NCBI GenBank assembly: GCA_049999805.1
Contig: JBNGIO010006037.1
Location: 62,001-126,000 of the forward strand
Direction: 5' to 3'
Origin: Folioceros fuciformis
Taxonomy: Eukaryota
Length of the DNA: 64,000 bases
Below are positions 1 through 13,265 of this stretch, piece by piece. The notes under the pieces were generated by a model that worked only from the letters and a program-made list of their open reading frames with translations, was not told where the DNA came from and made no database searches. The position numbers were made by a program, and so were the translations under genes. Positions within the stretch are counted from its first letter, which is position 1. Every line of letters begins with the position of its first letter.

Positions 1-3000
1 GCATATATCCCTGCCACCGGATGAGAACGTTGACAGTAGTCAGCAAAAACAATTTGCTCCCAGTCGCACAGCACGTCTGCTGATTTCTCACTTGGAGAAC
101 ATGGACGAAAATAATGTTTCGAGTTAGTAACGCAAAACAGCGCACTTTGTTTTAGAGCTAGTCGTGTGACATTGTGAAAAATCAATGGAAATGAGTCAGT
201 TCAAGTTTTCACGAACCTTGGCAACTGTGTAAGCCCCAATATCCGTAAGTCCTTTTGCCGCCTCAAGATAGATGTGTGCTCTTTCAGCATCAAGTTGGGT
301 GGCAAGGAAGAGTCCTGACTGACGCGGAGCAATGTCAGGGACACGTTTATTGAGCATACCCTGAATTTTATTGAAAAATAAGAGACGCCTTTTGACAACG
401 TCATCCCATGCTTCAACTCCCCCCATCTGAGCTGAAGGCCATCGGTTTTTCCATTTCATGAGCAGTCTGCCTCAAAAACACGAGATTGTCAGTAAGGTAA
501 CACAGATGAGGCAGAAGAAGAACAACAAACGCTGAGAAGGCTCGTACTGATGCNNNNNNNNNNNNNNNNNNNNNNNNNNNNNNNNNNNNNNNNNNNNNNN
601 NNNNNNNNNNNNNNNNNNNNNNNNNNNNNNNNNNNNNNNNNNNNNNNNNNNNNTACTGATGCAGCTCATCTTGATTCTCCCTTGTCAGATACTCGATAAA
701 CTCCTCATGTTCAACAATCTTTTGTAGCTGCTGCACCTGAAGATGCCGGCTCCCAACTGCCAAAGGATGCAGCCGAGTCCAATTCCTTGTGAAAATTTTG
801 TAACATTCTGTCAAGTAGAGACGAGCACGATCAAATTGATCACTAGCAGTTGCTAGATGCAGAAGCTCGATGCTAAAGTTTTCAAGCAGAAAAGCCTCCC
901 TTGCTGGATTTTCCAGTGACTTCTGAACAAATTTCATCAGCTGTGAGTGAAAGCTTGTAAGTTTTGCAGCTCCTCTTACAAACAATCCTAAGTGTGGCTC
1001 CTTAAGCTTCGAGTCCCACAACTTTTCAACTGTCTGATCATCAATTTCCTCTCCTATCTCGTAAATTGATTCCTGCGTCAAAGTTTGCCAGTTGTTCAAC
1101 TCCATCAAGCATGTGCGACGTTGTCGATCCCATATATCAATCTCAGATGTGGAGATTCGACCACCACCCAATGCTGTCGTAGAATCTGGATGGCAGCTTT
1201 AGTGAGATCGTCAGCAAAAAACGAACTCAAGTGAGACAACATCCCTCAGTACTCCCGAGAGCGTAACGACTTGTCTCACAGGACAACAGATTCCAACAGC
1301 AGCTGGGGGCCTTACCAGTATGGCTCTCCAGCTGATCAACTTGGTCGAGATACGTATCGTAAAGAGCTAAAGCCCTGCTGTAATCACCTTCAAGCTGTGC
1401 TTCTAACGCATGCTTGGTTCTGTTCAGCTTGGCAATATGTTTTTGGTACAGTGCCAGGACTATGTCTGCCTCCCCAACAGACTCATACAGATGAGCAAGC
1501 TCCAACCATGCCTCATCCACAGAGGGTTGAGAATGCGATACTTGTCCTACTATCCCCTTGTGTCGTTTGCTGTTTTGTACAGGGGCAGGTCCTCCGTCAT
1601 AGCAGACCTGACTTTCGAGAAGCATTATGCCAGAGTGAAAGTTGCGGGATTTAGAGCTTGCACATCCTACAAGCTCTGGTCTTATCCAGATGCTCGGATC
1701 CTCCAGGCAAAGAGAGTGTAAGCAAGCAACAAATGAGATTCCATGATGCGTTTGTGCTAAAGCAGCTTCAATTCCAAGTTTCAACTGAGCCTTCAGTCCC
1801 TGTCCTGTATCTTGGATTTGATTTGCAGGAAGAGACAGAACTGCTCTACTTAATATCTTAAAGGTGAGCCTTGCAAATGTTGTGTCTCTCCCTGCCAAAG
1901 CTGCTAGCAATTTTATAACGTCCTCATTCTTTATTTGAATGTCCGGTAACTCCCCTGCCATAACCACATGGTCATACGCATTACGTGATAAAATAAGGAA
2001 GCATGACTCTACCAGACAAGGGAGAATATCTGATACTATGTGGAGGAAAGCATCCAGAGCAATGGTCTCTTCGTGCCAATGTTTCAGTCACATATGTGGT
2101 CAAAGACAGAGCAGGGTTGCCAATTTATCCACGTTCAATAGAATCAGCAATTTTGGCTTATTTTATACTCACCACTACGATACTGACGCATCATATGCAC
2201 CTTGTTGGATCGCTCTAATGTTTGTTGATGGTGACGAGCTTCCCTCCGTCTATCTGCATTCTGCTTACCCCGAATAGCACTTGCACGCACAACACTCGAA
2301 TGCTGAACCCTCTTTAAGTTTGCTGCTGAGTTCACTATTGCAATCGAATCCTCTCCTTGCCCAGTTGGAGTTTGGGACAGTGCAAATAGGGAGCTCCCAG
2401 CAGTTTCGAATGAGTCTGGAGATGGAGACTCTATCTGAGACAATGACAATGAAAATGATGGTGCTATTGTAGCTCGAATCATCCCTGGCTTCCCAACTAC
2501 TTGCATGCCGCCTCTTTCAGAAGACTGAGGGAGGCCATCTCTCTCTATTGAGCTCAGAGACAATTGTGTAGCAGAGAAGAGAGGTGTCATTGGGAGGCTT
2601 CCACCTTGCCAAGAGGTATTAATAGATTGCTCATGAAACTCACAATCAGAAAGAGGTGCATCAAATATTGGTCGAGTATAATCCACTGATTCCTTGCAAA
2701 GCTACAATAGCACAATCATTATTGGGTGAGTGCACAATACTACAGACATTTTGGTCCTACTCAACCAAAAATATTCCAAGTCAGCTTCAGTCACATTCGC
2801 TGAAGGACGGTCACTAATTTCTCACCTGCAAGAGAAGAGCATCCGTGTACTGGGCCCACTGTTCCTCAAGTACAGGGTCATACATTTTGCTCAGCAACTC
2901 CGTGAAACGCTGTGTCAGATCTGATGACAGTTTGGAATGCCAGAAACTTTGCACAAAGTACCTGATCGAATCTGCCCCGTCACAAAGGCCCCAAAGCAAG

Positions 3001-6000
3001 TAATGGACAACAGTTTGTTCATTCTTCATTCTCTTACAGTCATAGAGGAATACGAGCACATCATAGAACTTCTTTCGACAATCTGCATTCTCATGCTTGC
3101 TAAATGTTGCACAGAGGACGGGAAGAACCTTCTCCAGAATGAGTTCTATCCGCATATCCTGTAGCATCTGTGATAACAGATCCAGTCCTTTAAGCTGAGC
3201 GGTTTCATCTCTGTGAACAAGAAGATGGGAGAAAATTGGTGCTATTGTGCTAGAAAGACTGCGGAGACACTGAGGATGTCTCAGAAGAATGTCAAGAGCA
3301 ATTGTCTGATACGCCCCATGCAAACGGGGCAACAGATCAATAACCATACTCACATACTGCTCGAGAAAGAAAGGGAAACGCAAGGTAGCTTTGTTCAGAA
3401 TATTTAGAAACCGTTCAAAGTCAGATGACTTAAAATGAGAATGAAGTAATCTCTTTAAAGAAGATTCTAACACATCGCCGTCCCTATTAGAATTCGTTTC
3501 ATTTCGTTGCTTCATGGCCATTCCCAGGAGTTCTGCTGACGCCTCATAAATGTCCTTTGACCTACTGCTGAGGTTGACAATCAAGGCCTGGTACATGTCC
3601 TCCTCTGTGCATGCTGCTTGGGGATCAAAGGGGGGGAGCCCACACGCCACAATGGTACCCAAAAGCTGTAGGCCAGCAGATTTTCGTATCAAGTTAGGCT
3701 TGTCATTGGTATTTGTGCTCCTCCCTCCAGCAACAATGTGGTCATAGACGATTGCAAAATCAATGTGGATGTAGTCCTTCCAGGTTCCCATGAATAGCCG
3801 AATAATAGATATATTTCCTCTAAGAACAGGTCTAGATTCATGCACTGCGACGCGCATCAAATGATTTACCAAGTTCGACCCAACTACAGCATCGGGGGGA
3901 CTTGGAAGTTCCCACTGTAGCAGGCAGACACACATTTCTCGCAGGATGTAGTGAAACCTCGTCCCACCAGTTTTTGAGGGGTCACGGATGATGGCCATTA
4001 CAAACGGACGGAACCATTCTGCAGCATATGGAGCAAAGACGGCACTGAACTTCGTCACCAGCTTCACAAGAAACAGACGAACATTGCTATGTGTGGCCAA
4101 ACTGTTCAACGATGAGTGTAATGCCCGCATCCACTCTGGCATCTGCTCACGGTTAGATCGATGGCTATCAAACTTTGTATGCAGGTGGTCTATTAACCTC
4201 GAAACAACTCCCATACTTGAATGCCTGTCAAAGTCATCATTCAAGCTATCCGTCCCTATCACCACCTGATTGCTGGGGGCACCTGGCTCTCCTTCACTAC
4301 GGATCGCTGCAGCCGTGCTTGGCTCCGGACCATCCTCTCTCCTGTTTTCCGTCAAAAACGTTCCTATGACTGCTGGTTCCTGGCTCAAGGCACTGCCAAT
4401 AATGTACTGTGAGGACAGTGTTCCAGATATGCTCTCTAGCCCGTTTGTTCCATGTTTTCTTCCACTCTGCAGACCTCTCACAGCCTCGAATGACGCTTCC
4501 AGGGAACTGGTTTCGACAGGAAGATTATCATACACCTTGCTGCAGTCCACTAAATGCTGCCATAATGAACCTAAGGTGCCACCCTCTTTGAACAAAAACA
4601 CTGAGAAGAACTTCTCGTTTTCTTGAGTCCGAGATATAATTGCAGCCAAACAGTTATAAGCAGCAACATGAAGATCCCGCCAAAGAGGCACGTTCTTTTC
4701 CAAAGGATCATTTTTGGCTCGTGCATCCTCATTAGCAAGTTTCATCAGTCTATTATTCGGAACCACAGGAGTAATTGTATCTCTTATTAGCGGTTCCTCA
4801 GCATGGATGAACAAGAGTTCCAAGATGTTATAATAACAGATTCTGACAATCAGGTACTCTTCCTCCTTTTCAGCATCCACACTGTTTATGCTGCCGATCT
4901 GCTTGCCAAGCTCATGTACAAAGGCCTGGATGTGTTCTGCATACCATCTTACAACCTGAGGAGGGGAGCAGGTACGCACAAGAGGAGGAAATACAACTGT
5001 TGCAATGGCTCTTCTCAAAGAAGTTGGTTGCCTTGAATCTGTCATTACACCATGGCACGAACTAAGAGCATCAACCTGTTTCCCATCTATGCCTGTTCCA
5101 AAGGAATGGAGTGCTTCGGACACTTTGTTTGCAGAAACTTTAGTGGGATACTGCAAAATTGGAAAGAGAACTTCCAGAAGCTCAAGCTTCTTGCTTGCAG
5201 AGATCCCACGCAGGATCCTGTCCAAAATATTTTCATACCTAGTTCTCTGATGGGACTGAGGAGGTATGTCTTTCTCACCAACCAGCAGATAGTCTGCAAC
5301 AATTCCGGTCAAGGACCTCGCTACTTGAAGACCGAAGTCTTGGCCAATACTGTAAGAGAGAAAGAGAGGGACAAGCACAAGACAGTCGCATTTCAGGGTG
5401 AGTATGGAATCTCTCTCCGGTGAGCTCGATTCACTCTCTTTTAGGTGCGATGCATTCAAAAAGGAGAAAAAAGCATCCACAATAAACTGGGAAGACGGTG
5501 GGCCCAGCACTACATTATGCTGACAGTCAAGGATCATGAGCTTTCGTATTATCTCGAGAAAAAACTGCTTCTCAGACAGTCCTGAAGACTGAAAACAGCA
5601 GGGTTCAAGATAACCAACTTGATTCACAAACTCCACCAAGAAGCTGTGCTTGGTAATATCCTCGGACGATTTCAAAACCTCATCTAGGAGTGCATCCAGA
5701 AGCATTCTCGATGTCACATTGGCAACAGCTGATTGGAGTATTTTAGGCAAAGAAACCTTGTAGGCAAATTTCACCTGCTGAATAATGATCTTTCTGAAAT
5801 TGACGTAGAAGATATTTCCTGCTGTCAATTTCCTATCTGATTGGGTTTGAACTATCCTGTCATCAAAGACCAGTTCCAACAGTCGTTGCACTCTGATTCC
5901 CAGAATGCGCGATACTGTAAGCATATCCAATGCAACAGGCTCCAGGGCAGGGGGGCAGTCTCTTTCCATCTCGAAAACTGATAGCATAAGCTGCTCTCCA

Positions 6001-9000
6001 ATTTTTTGTCTCTCAGCTTCGTCAAGAGATGAGGACAAAATCCGCGCTCGATGCATCAGCTGTAGTCCTTTCAGCAGATTCTTAAGGTCTGCCAAGCTTT
6101 CCTCTGTCTGCGCAGCAGCGTCAAGTGATAAGTGCCATGTTTCTCTCTTCATGTATTGCCTTAGGTGATCTATTACGCCTGACTTCATAGTAGGGGGTCC
6201 ATAACCCATTAGTTGAACAGCAGTGCTAGCCACCTCATCTTCGCTCTGAACGCTCAAAGATATGACACCCAGCTGCCTTGGTTTCACAAAAAGTAAAGCC
6301 AGGAAATGGTGGAAGTTGGGGTCACCTGTTGGAATTATTGGTTCTCCATTTGACAACATATCAGATTCAGATGAGAGCACTGACTTCTTCACTTCTAGTT
6401 CAAGCTTACAAACTTCCAGACAAAACTGTAAAAAGTACTTCACAGTGGAATATTTCAATCTCAAGTGAGTATCTCTTTCTGCTGGGGTAAGAGCCATGAT
6501 GACATGGTCATTTTGTCCACTCAGCATGCACTCAAGATATTTGGGTATCTCGGCAAGAGTTCCCATGCCCTGCAACCTTTCTCCGCCCACCAATTTCCCT
6601 TGTAGGGCCCACGTAAGCCAATGCCAAGACCTTGAGAGATCTCCGAGCCATGCTTTCACTTGAGAAAGTGAGGACATTGCCAGAAAAGATTCTGGAAGCC
6701 TTTCAACTACGTCAAATGAATCAAGCTTGACACGAGATTCGTCTTGTAGAACAAACCAACTTGCTGCTGAGCCACCTGCACAGCACAGAAGTTTGAAACT
6801 AAACGATCCACGAATTTCTGAACCAGAACCAGATAAAGGAGCGAGGGACAAGGACCAAGGCAGGGGCCTCGAATACTGTGGCACTATATTCTAGCTGATA
6901 CCTGGAAGAGACAGGCAGATCGAAGAAAATAGGTGCATACACCTCAAACGACACTTCTCTTGCGGTCTCCCTGTCTCTAGAAATAGCCATCCCAGGAAAT
7001 CATCGACGGTTTGAAAAAGGAGCCGGTGCTTGTTCTTTTCTTGCAGAGACGCGAGCGATAGCTTGATCAACTTTTCCAGGTAACCAAGTGCCCTGTTAAG
7101 CTGCTTCACCGTTCCTGTTCAAGTAAAGTCATGGTCAGACGGGCATGCAGCGAGCTTAACTATGACCATCAGATACATTGTCCCAGACTGCAAACTCACC
7201 TATCTGCTCACTGTCACTTTCAGCAAGGCGCAGGCTTTTAACAGCATAAAAAGTAAACTCAAGGATATGCCGCCCAACAATGCTATTGTTTTGCCTAAGC
7301 ACTGGATACATGCACTGTGCAGCCATAGCAGCACCCAGACGGTGGTAGGCATTTGGGTGGTCAAGGCGGTTGTATATGCGGCGCAGCATGGATGTAACAT
7401 TCACAAAGTTGTCAACCTCTACAGGAGAATGTCGAACAGACCACCGCAGGAACTCCCCAAAGCAGTTGGCACAAAATTCTCTGCACACCCAACGATCCGA
7501 TTGACCTTGGATGTTGCAACTGGTAGCTCAATAGGATGCAACATGAGGGATCCATGATGACAGACCTCAGGGAGCCATTCTCAGCTTGAACTAATCCATC
7601 TAGAATGCTGTCCAGAAGAGCCATTGCATCGGGGTTCTCTTTGTTGACATTGCTAGTCAGCCAGTGAATAAGCTGCTTACAGAACTCCTGAAAAATTTGC
7701 CGCGTAACCTAAACATTCAAAACCTTTAAGCGTCAGTATAACCAAAACAATCAGGACGTTCAAGAGCCCGTGTGTTCCACACATACTGCGAACTTATACT
7801 CTTGTCCGCAAGCTAAGTCCGTCCGGTCAAACTTGGCAATATCTTGAAAGGAACGGGCAGAGATGCATTACTGCTGTATGGAGTAGACATCTACCAGATC
7901 CACATCTGTGGCCAGCTGTAGAATGCTAGGGAACACCCTTCTATAAATCTTATCAAATGGCACCTGCAACAACCAAGCACACTTCAATCCATCGAGTAGT
8001 GTATTCAGAGAAATGTCTTCAACTGGATCGTACTAGCAAAAGACGTAGCTGGGTCGTACTCTCTCTGAGTTTGCAGCTCTCGTTTGCAAGGGGCCCTTTG
8101 CTGCACTCCCTAGCATCACGAGGCAAAGGGCATGAAGGAGTTCACAAGCAGTGATCTTTGTTCTTCTGTCACTAGAGAAAAGTCCAAGTTCCATCACTCT
8201 TGGTAGTAACGTATCTGCAGGACACGCACTCTGTGAGCAAACGTTCGATACTACAAATTGCATGCACTCGATCTCCTCTAAGCATGCACCAAGCACCCGT
8301 CACCATAACACGAATCTCTCCAGATCAGGGATTTTTCGCCCACCACCATTGATTCCTACCAGATTCTGAATGGAGGTGGCTTACCAAGCCAAATATCAGG
8401 TTTTACATCCTTGAATGGAAGGACATACTTCACACGATCACCAGAGTCCCAAGAAAGTCCACCAGGTCCGGCAATTTGCAGATGATTGGAACCTGTTACC
8501 AGGTAATGCGCAAATCTGCCAATGCGGCCAAGAAATTGCTGAACCCTGACTTGGATTTTCTGAAAAGGCTCCGGCTGCCAATCAATGACAAATGCTTGTA
8601 AGTACCAGCATGTAAGGTGCAACAAAATCTCTGCCCTCTTTCACTGAGAACGTTCTACCTCTATCCTCTGCTTCGCTGATTGCGCTGTTATGCTTTTGGT
8701 GCTCTTCAAAGAAGAACCTTGTTGTTTAGCTACATCAGGATCATCTGACGAGGATTCCACCTCAATTAAGTAGTCACCTAACCAGGGGACAATCCTGTGC
8801 AGGTAAAACTCGAACTCTCTTGGTCGCAACAACTGCAGCCTTTCCAGTGCATCAATAGCAACCATAGCCAGGGGGTTATATGTGTTGCGATGTAAAGGAA
8901 GAGTACCAATCTATCAGGCTGCATACTGCCCGCGAAAGAGACTACAATGCACTAGACCCTGTCTTGCTGATTCAGTCACCTTGACCACAAGCCTCACAGA

Positions 9001-12000
9001 TCTGCTTAGATACAACACCCAAAAGTAACCACAACACATACAACACATACAACACCCAAAAGTAACCACAAAAGGCAAAATAAAAGGATATCTTAGGCCA
9101 ATTCTCAAAGCATTGCGAAGTGGGACAACCATGGACGAGATCCCAATCAATTCAGGTGGTGAAGTTAGGCACAGACGCAGGCATGCAGCTAACAATTCGA
9201 GTTTGTATCGTCTGCTGGCTACTATGACTTCCTGCAAATACCGCTGAAATAATTCCTTGCAAAGCTGCCGGTCACTTGGTGGAGCAGGATACTTCAAAGC
9301 AGAACTTGAACTGAAAAAGCCCTCCTTGTCAGCAACACTTATAGTTACAGCTAGAAGCTTGTAGAAGCCGCTGATTAGAGGGTAATGACTAGAAAGTTCA
9401 ATCAAGCACTGGCTGAAGGTGTAAGTCCATTTCAAAAATAGAGGAGCGTTGCACCTGTCATCACAAGCCACACTGTTAAGCCAGAGAAAACAGTGTGGTC
9501 AGACTAACTGAGTGACTCGCCTATACCTAGAGAGAAGATCTTCAGTAAACTCCACCTACAGGCAGACAGCCAGAATTGTTAATACTACTTGACTTGATTG
9601 TACCTAGTTAAGCAAGACTTGTCAGACTCCACTTAGTTGTCCCCATAAACACTATACAGTTAGACATGTACCAGTTTCAGATACTTATGCATCTGGATAG
9701 CATCCTGTGGTTCTACCAGATCCATCTCTGCTTCTGGCTCCACATAACCACCTCCAGCTGCCTCTGCCGAGACACAATCAGAAACGTCAGAATCAGGATA
9801 CAATGAGCAAGAGCAACCCCACAAGTCTGCCGCTCCTCCATATTTAGGTTCAAAATGAAATGAGGGACAGCATAACCGATCCTCAGTTCTGTACCAAGAC
9901 CTAAAGTTCACGCAGCATCCAAGTGTACAGAGACGCCTCTTGGGCACCTTTACTTCTTTGACAGGAATTGTGGTTAACAGCAGACATGCCAAAGCCAAAA
10001 AACCAGACCTGATTCGCCCGCTTGAGATTCTATGCTTGTTGGCCTGACTCTGTACTTGATATTTAGCTCCATCATTAATTTGATAACACTTCGCATCATT
10101 GTGTCAAAGACTAATTCAATCACATAATTCCTGTTTCGACCAGGGTCTCTGATGCTTGAGAGGACAGGTTCCTCCACATCCTCTTCTGCATCTTCTTCTT
10201 TGTATTGTTCCGTTCTGTAGGTCAGTGGCAGTCCAACAGAGTCGAAGTCCATTACATGAGCCCAGAGGTCCACATAATGACGCCACAACTGATCCCCAAA
10301 CTCTACAGCTAGAGCTTCCCTAGGATCTGTGGCTCTTTCAAGCGAAGACCACACTGCACACAAAGTACCAACCATTACAAAAGAATGAAGACAAAGAGAG
10401 CTGCAATGGGGGAGCTTCCACAGCGGCTGGTATGCAGAGTTACTGACCAATATTGCTGAGGAATATTGTGAATATCGCCCCTTTGGAATAAAGAGCACCA
10501 AGCAGTCTTCGCAGGCTCAAATACACTGGTTTCTTCTGCTTCGGAAACAGACTAGGAAACTGGTAGAAGATGCTCCCGGTAATCTGCAAGCAACAAAGTT
10601 GGAGGAAAAGGTGTCAAGAAAGCAAGGTATTTTTTGTTTCCACATTGTTGTAGGAAAAATGGGGATACTGTGTCACAAATGATCACCAACCTCTGCAATA
10701 AAGGAAACCATGGAGTCTTCTATATCATCAAGTTCAACTATGATGTCAGCAAAAGATCCAATCAATGTGATAGAATATCCTAGAGAGCCATCCTGACCAT
10801 CCTTAGCCCTGCAGACTCGGATACATCATGTCACCATGGTCAGAACCGAAATGAAAGGGAACTAAGGATCCAGAACATATTCCGTGAAAGATGAAAGAAT
10901 TCTTTCTCCCAGCCAAGTAGACAGCAGTCAGCTGAAAAATCCGAACATGACAGAGTTGGAAGGGGTTGGCACCTGCGTGCAAAAGGTACAAGTCTGTGGA
11001 ATGCTTGTTTCAGGCTCTCCCTTCCGGAGTACTTCACAATTGCAGGTGACAACTTCCCCAGTGCACGAATTGCAACTGAAACAAGCTTGTGATGACTATC
11101 CTGAGACTGTAAGATCTCCAAAGTATCTTTCATGAAGCTCTGTCACAAATAACCAAGCAAGGATGCAGGAAGCACCATGAATTTTACGATGAGCACTAGG
11201 ATGTTTCCGAAATGAACTTCTCGACGATCAGACTTGGCATGGTGTAATCGGTCCATGGGAGGCTCTGGGGCATTACCTTATATATCTGAAGCGGATTGTG
11301 AATCCGCCCATCACCGGACGCTAAAGCGCTTCCAACCTGCAATTACACATTCAGTGAGTTGACCCAGCAACTCACAGTTTGTACTGCCATTGCTGCAAAA
11401 TGACAGACAGCATAGCCCATACATGGAATGGACTGGACACATACGGAAGTATGATTCTCTGAGCCACATTCCAAACAGGATACCAAGGGAGGCCCTCTAC
11501 CTCTGTAATAAATCCGTCAAATGCCAGGAGGGCTGCATCTCTCAGTCCTGCATTGTCATGCGTGCTGCAGAGGCAAACAGCAAGTGATATAGGAACAGTA
11601 TGTTAATTGTTAGCTACAAAACAATGCAGCAACTGACATAAGGAACCAATTTGGTATGGCAAGGGAACTAAATGGACTGATCACAAACCAGAGGAGGAAC
11701 ATGATTCCATACCAATAAGCCTGTAACCACGCCAAAATCGTGGTGCCATGTTCCAAAAGGCGCAGGCGAAAGAGAGCCGCATGCCGTGACAAAAGGTGAA
11801 GCGCAGCTGCGATCACAACGAAAGGGACCAGTTAGTGCACCCAGCCACCATCGGTGAGCAAATACCTGCTGACATCAAACTGGTGACATTTACCTTTCAC
11901 AACTTCATAGCGCTTCAAATCGTCTCGCACCAGCAGTAACTGCTGTAGGAAGCCGAAGATGAGCTTGGAATTCTCCACGGAGCCTGATTTCATTTCAAAG

Positions 12001-13117
12001 TTGATCAATTTGGAAGGACTCGCAGGCTGACCAGAAAGACTGAGGACCAAATCGAGAAAATGTTACATGGGAAAGATGCCCAGGGCAATCAATGTTAAGT
12101 GGGCAACGCAGTGGTCATGCCATTCAACAGCATCCAGAACCTCTTGTATTAGAGTCCTGTGGGTTATACTGCGATATTTACTCACCTCCTGCAGGTAAGT
12201 CATCATCAAACCATGTGAGAAGTGAGTCCAAACACTTGGTTGCCCCTGTGAGCAGGACGTAGGCAGGATCCTTCGTTTTTATACTCTCAGCAATATCCAG
12301 GCACAACTTCAAAACCTCTGCGGCATTCCCCTGTGTGAAGGCCTGCGGGAAGAACTCCACCAGGTAACCGAGAAGAACCAATATGTTGCTCTTCACTGTC
12401 CAAAACCGATACAAACAAGTGGCTTCCTCTGATATAAGCTCATGGATTATACCGAGACATGTCATGCACATGCACTGTCAAGCCAATTGAGCCACACAGT
12501 GAAAGGAGAAAATGAACCCGTGGCATCCTACATGTATTAGAAGCTTTGGCTCTCCTGAACTCTCTCAAAAGGAGCTGTACAAGTTGATAATCGACAGTAA
12601 AGTCGACAGTCTCGGGCTTCAGTAACCCCAGTTCGAACAACGCAATCAGCAAAGTCAAGCACGCTGATTGCACGGACTTCGACTCGTCCCTAGCAAAAAT
12701 GCTGAGACTCCTTTCCTACATCACCATGACATCCAATCCACGCCTCAGACTGCGTTCATCGCACGAGGCCAGCTGTGCAGCCATGGGACTACACATCACC
12801 TTAATTACACGAGCATAAGGCATCGATTTCTCCCCAATCTCTCTGACAAAATCCGCCAGAAACTCCAACATATACTCCCGCCCCTTCTGAGCCTCTCTAT
12901 CCTTGAGATGCATGAGACACTCAACCAGGCTGAGAAGCCCATCCTCCTCCTCGAAAATCACAGCGCACGCAAGCGCCACGTCCTTGGAAGACCCCAGGCC
13001 CTTGCTCACGTCCCGCAGGTCCTCCACCAGAGGCTTGAAGTCCACGACAAAGCCAGTCCTGGACGTCTCAGCCTCGCGCCTCAAGGAGGCGATGCACTTG
13101 GCCAATTCCTTGTCCAT
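1..13117 (-). CDS. PRKDC: DNA-dependent protein kinase catalytic subunit, multi-exon; 3' part (kinase/FATC) lies beyond the left edge
   Basis: Exon 1 'REYMLEFLADFVREIGEKSMPYARVIK', 'DRRTKITACELLHAL', 'HPNAYHRLGAAMA', 'HSNVRLFLVKLV' and 'DYTRPIFDAPLSDCEF...MTPLFSATQ' match recognisable DNA-PKcs N-HEAT, M-HEAT and ABCDE segments. One ~3.95 kb exon at ~2826-6775; other exons are separated by short GT-AG introns. Confidence 0.93.
554..653. other. Assembly gap (100 N), probably an unmerged overlap
   Basis: The 9-mer tactgatgc lies on both sides of the gap. Confidence 0.85.
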
Positions 13118-13265
13118 CGCTGCGCATGCTTCGCCCCACAGACTAGCTTGTCTCGCGAGCGCTACGCTACTATGTAATTCAGTGTCACATTCCGTCCCGC
13201 GAGACTATGTTTGTTTACCCGCGCTCGCTCAACCAGGAACGCTTGGATTTTCTAGTTTGAGTTCA

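Noticed and set aside
6776-6901. In-frame stop at 6891 suggesting a DNA-PKcs pseudogene
   Set aside because: It falls inside a phase-compatible GT-AG intron.
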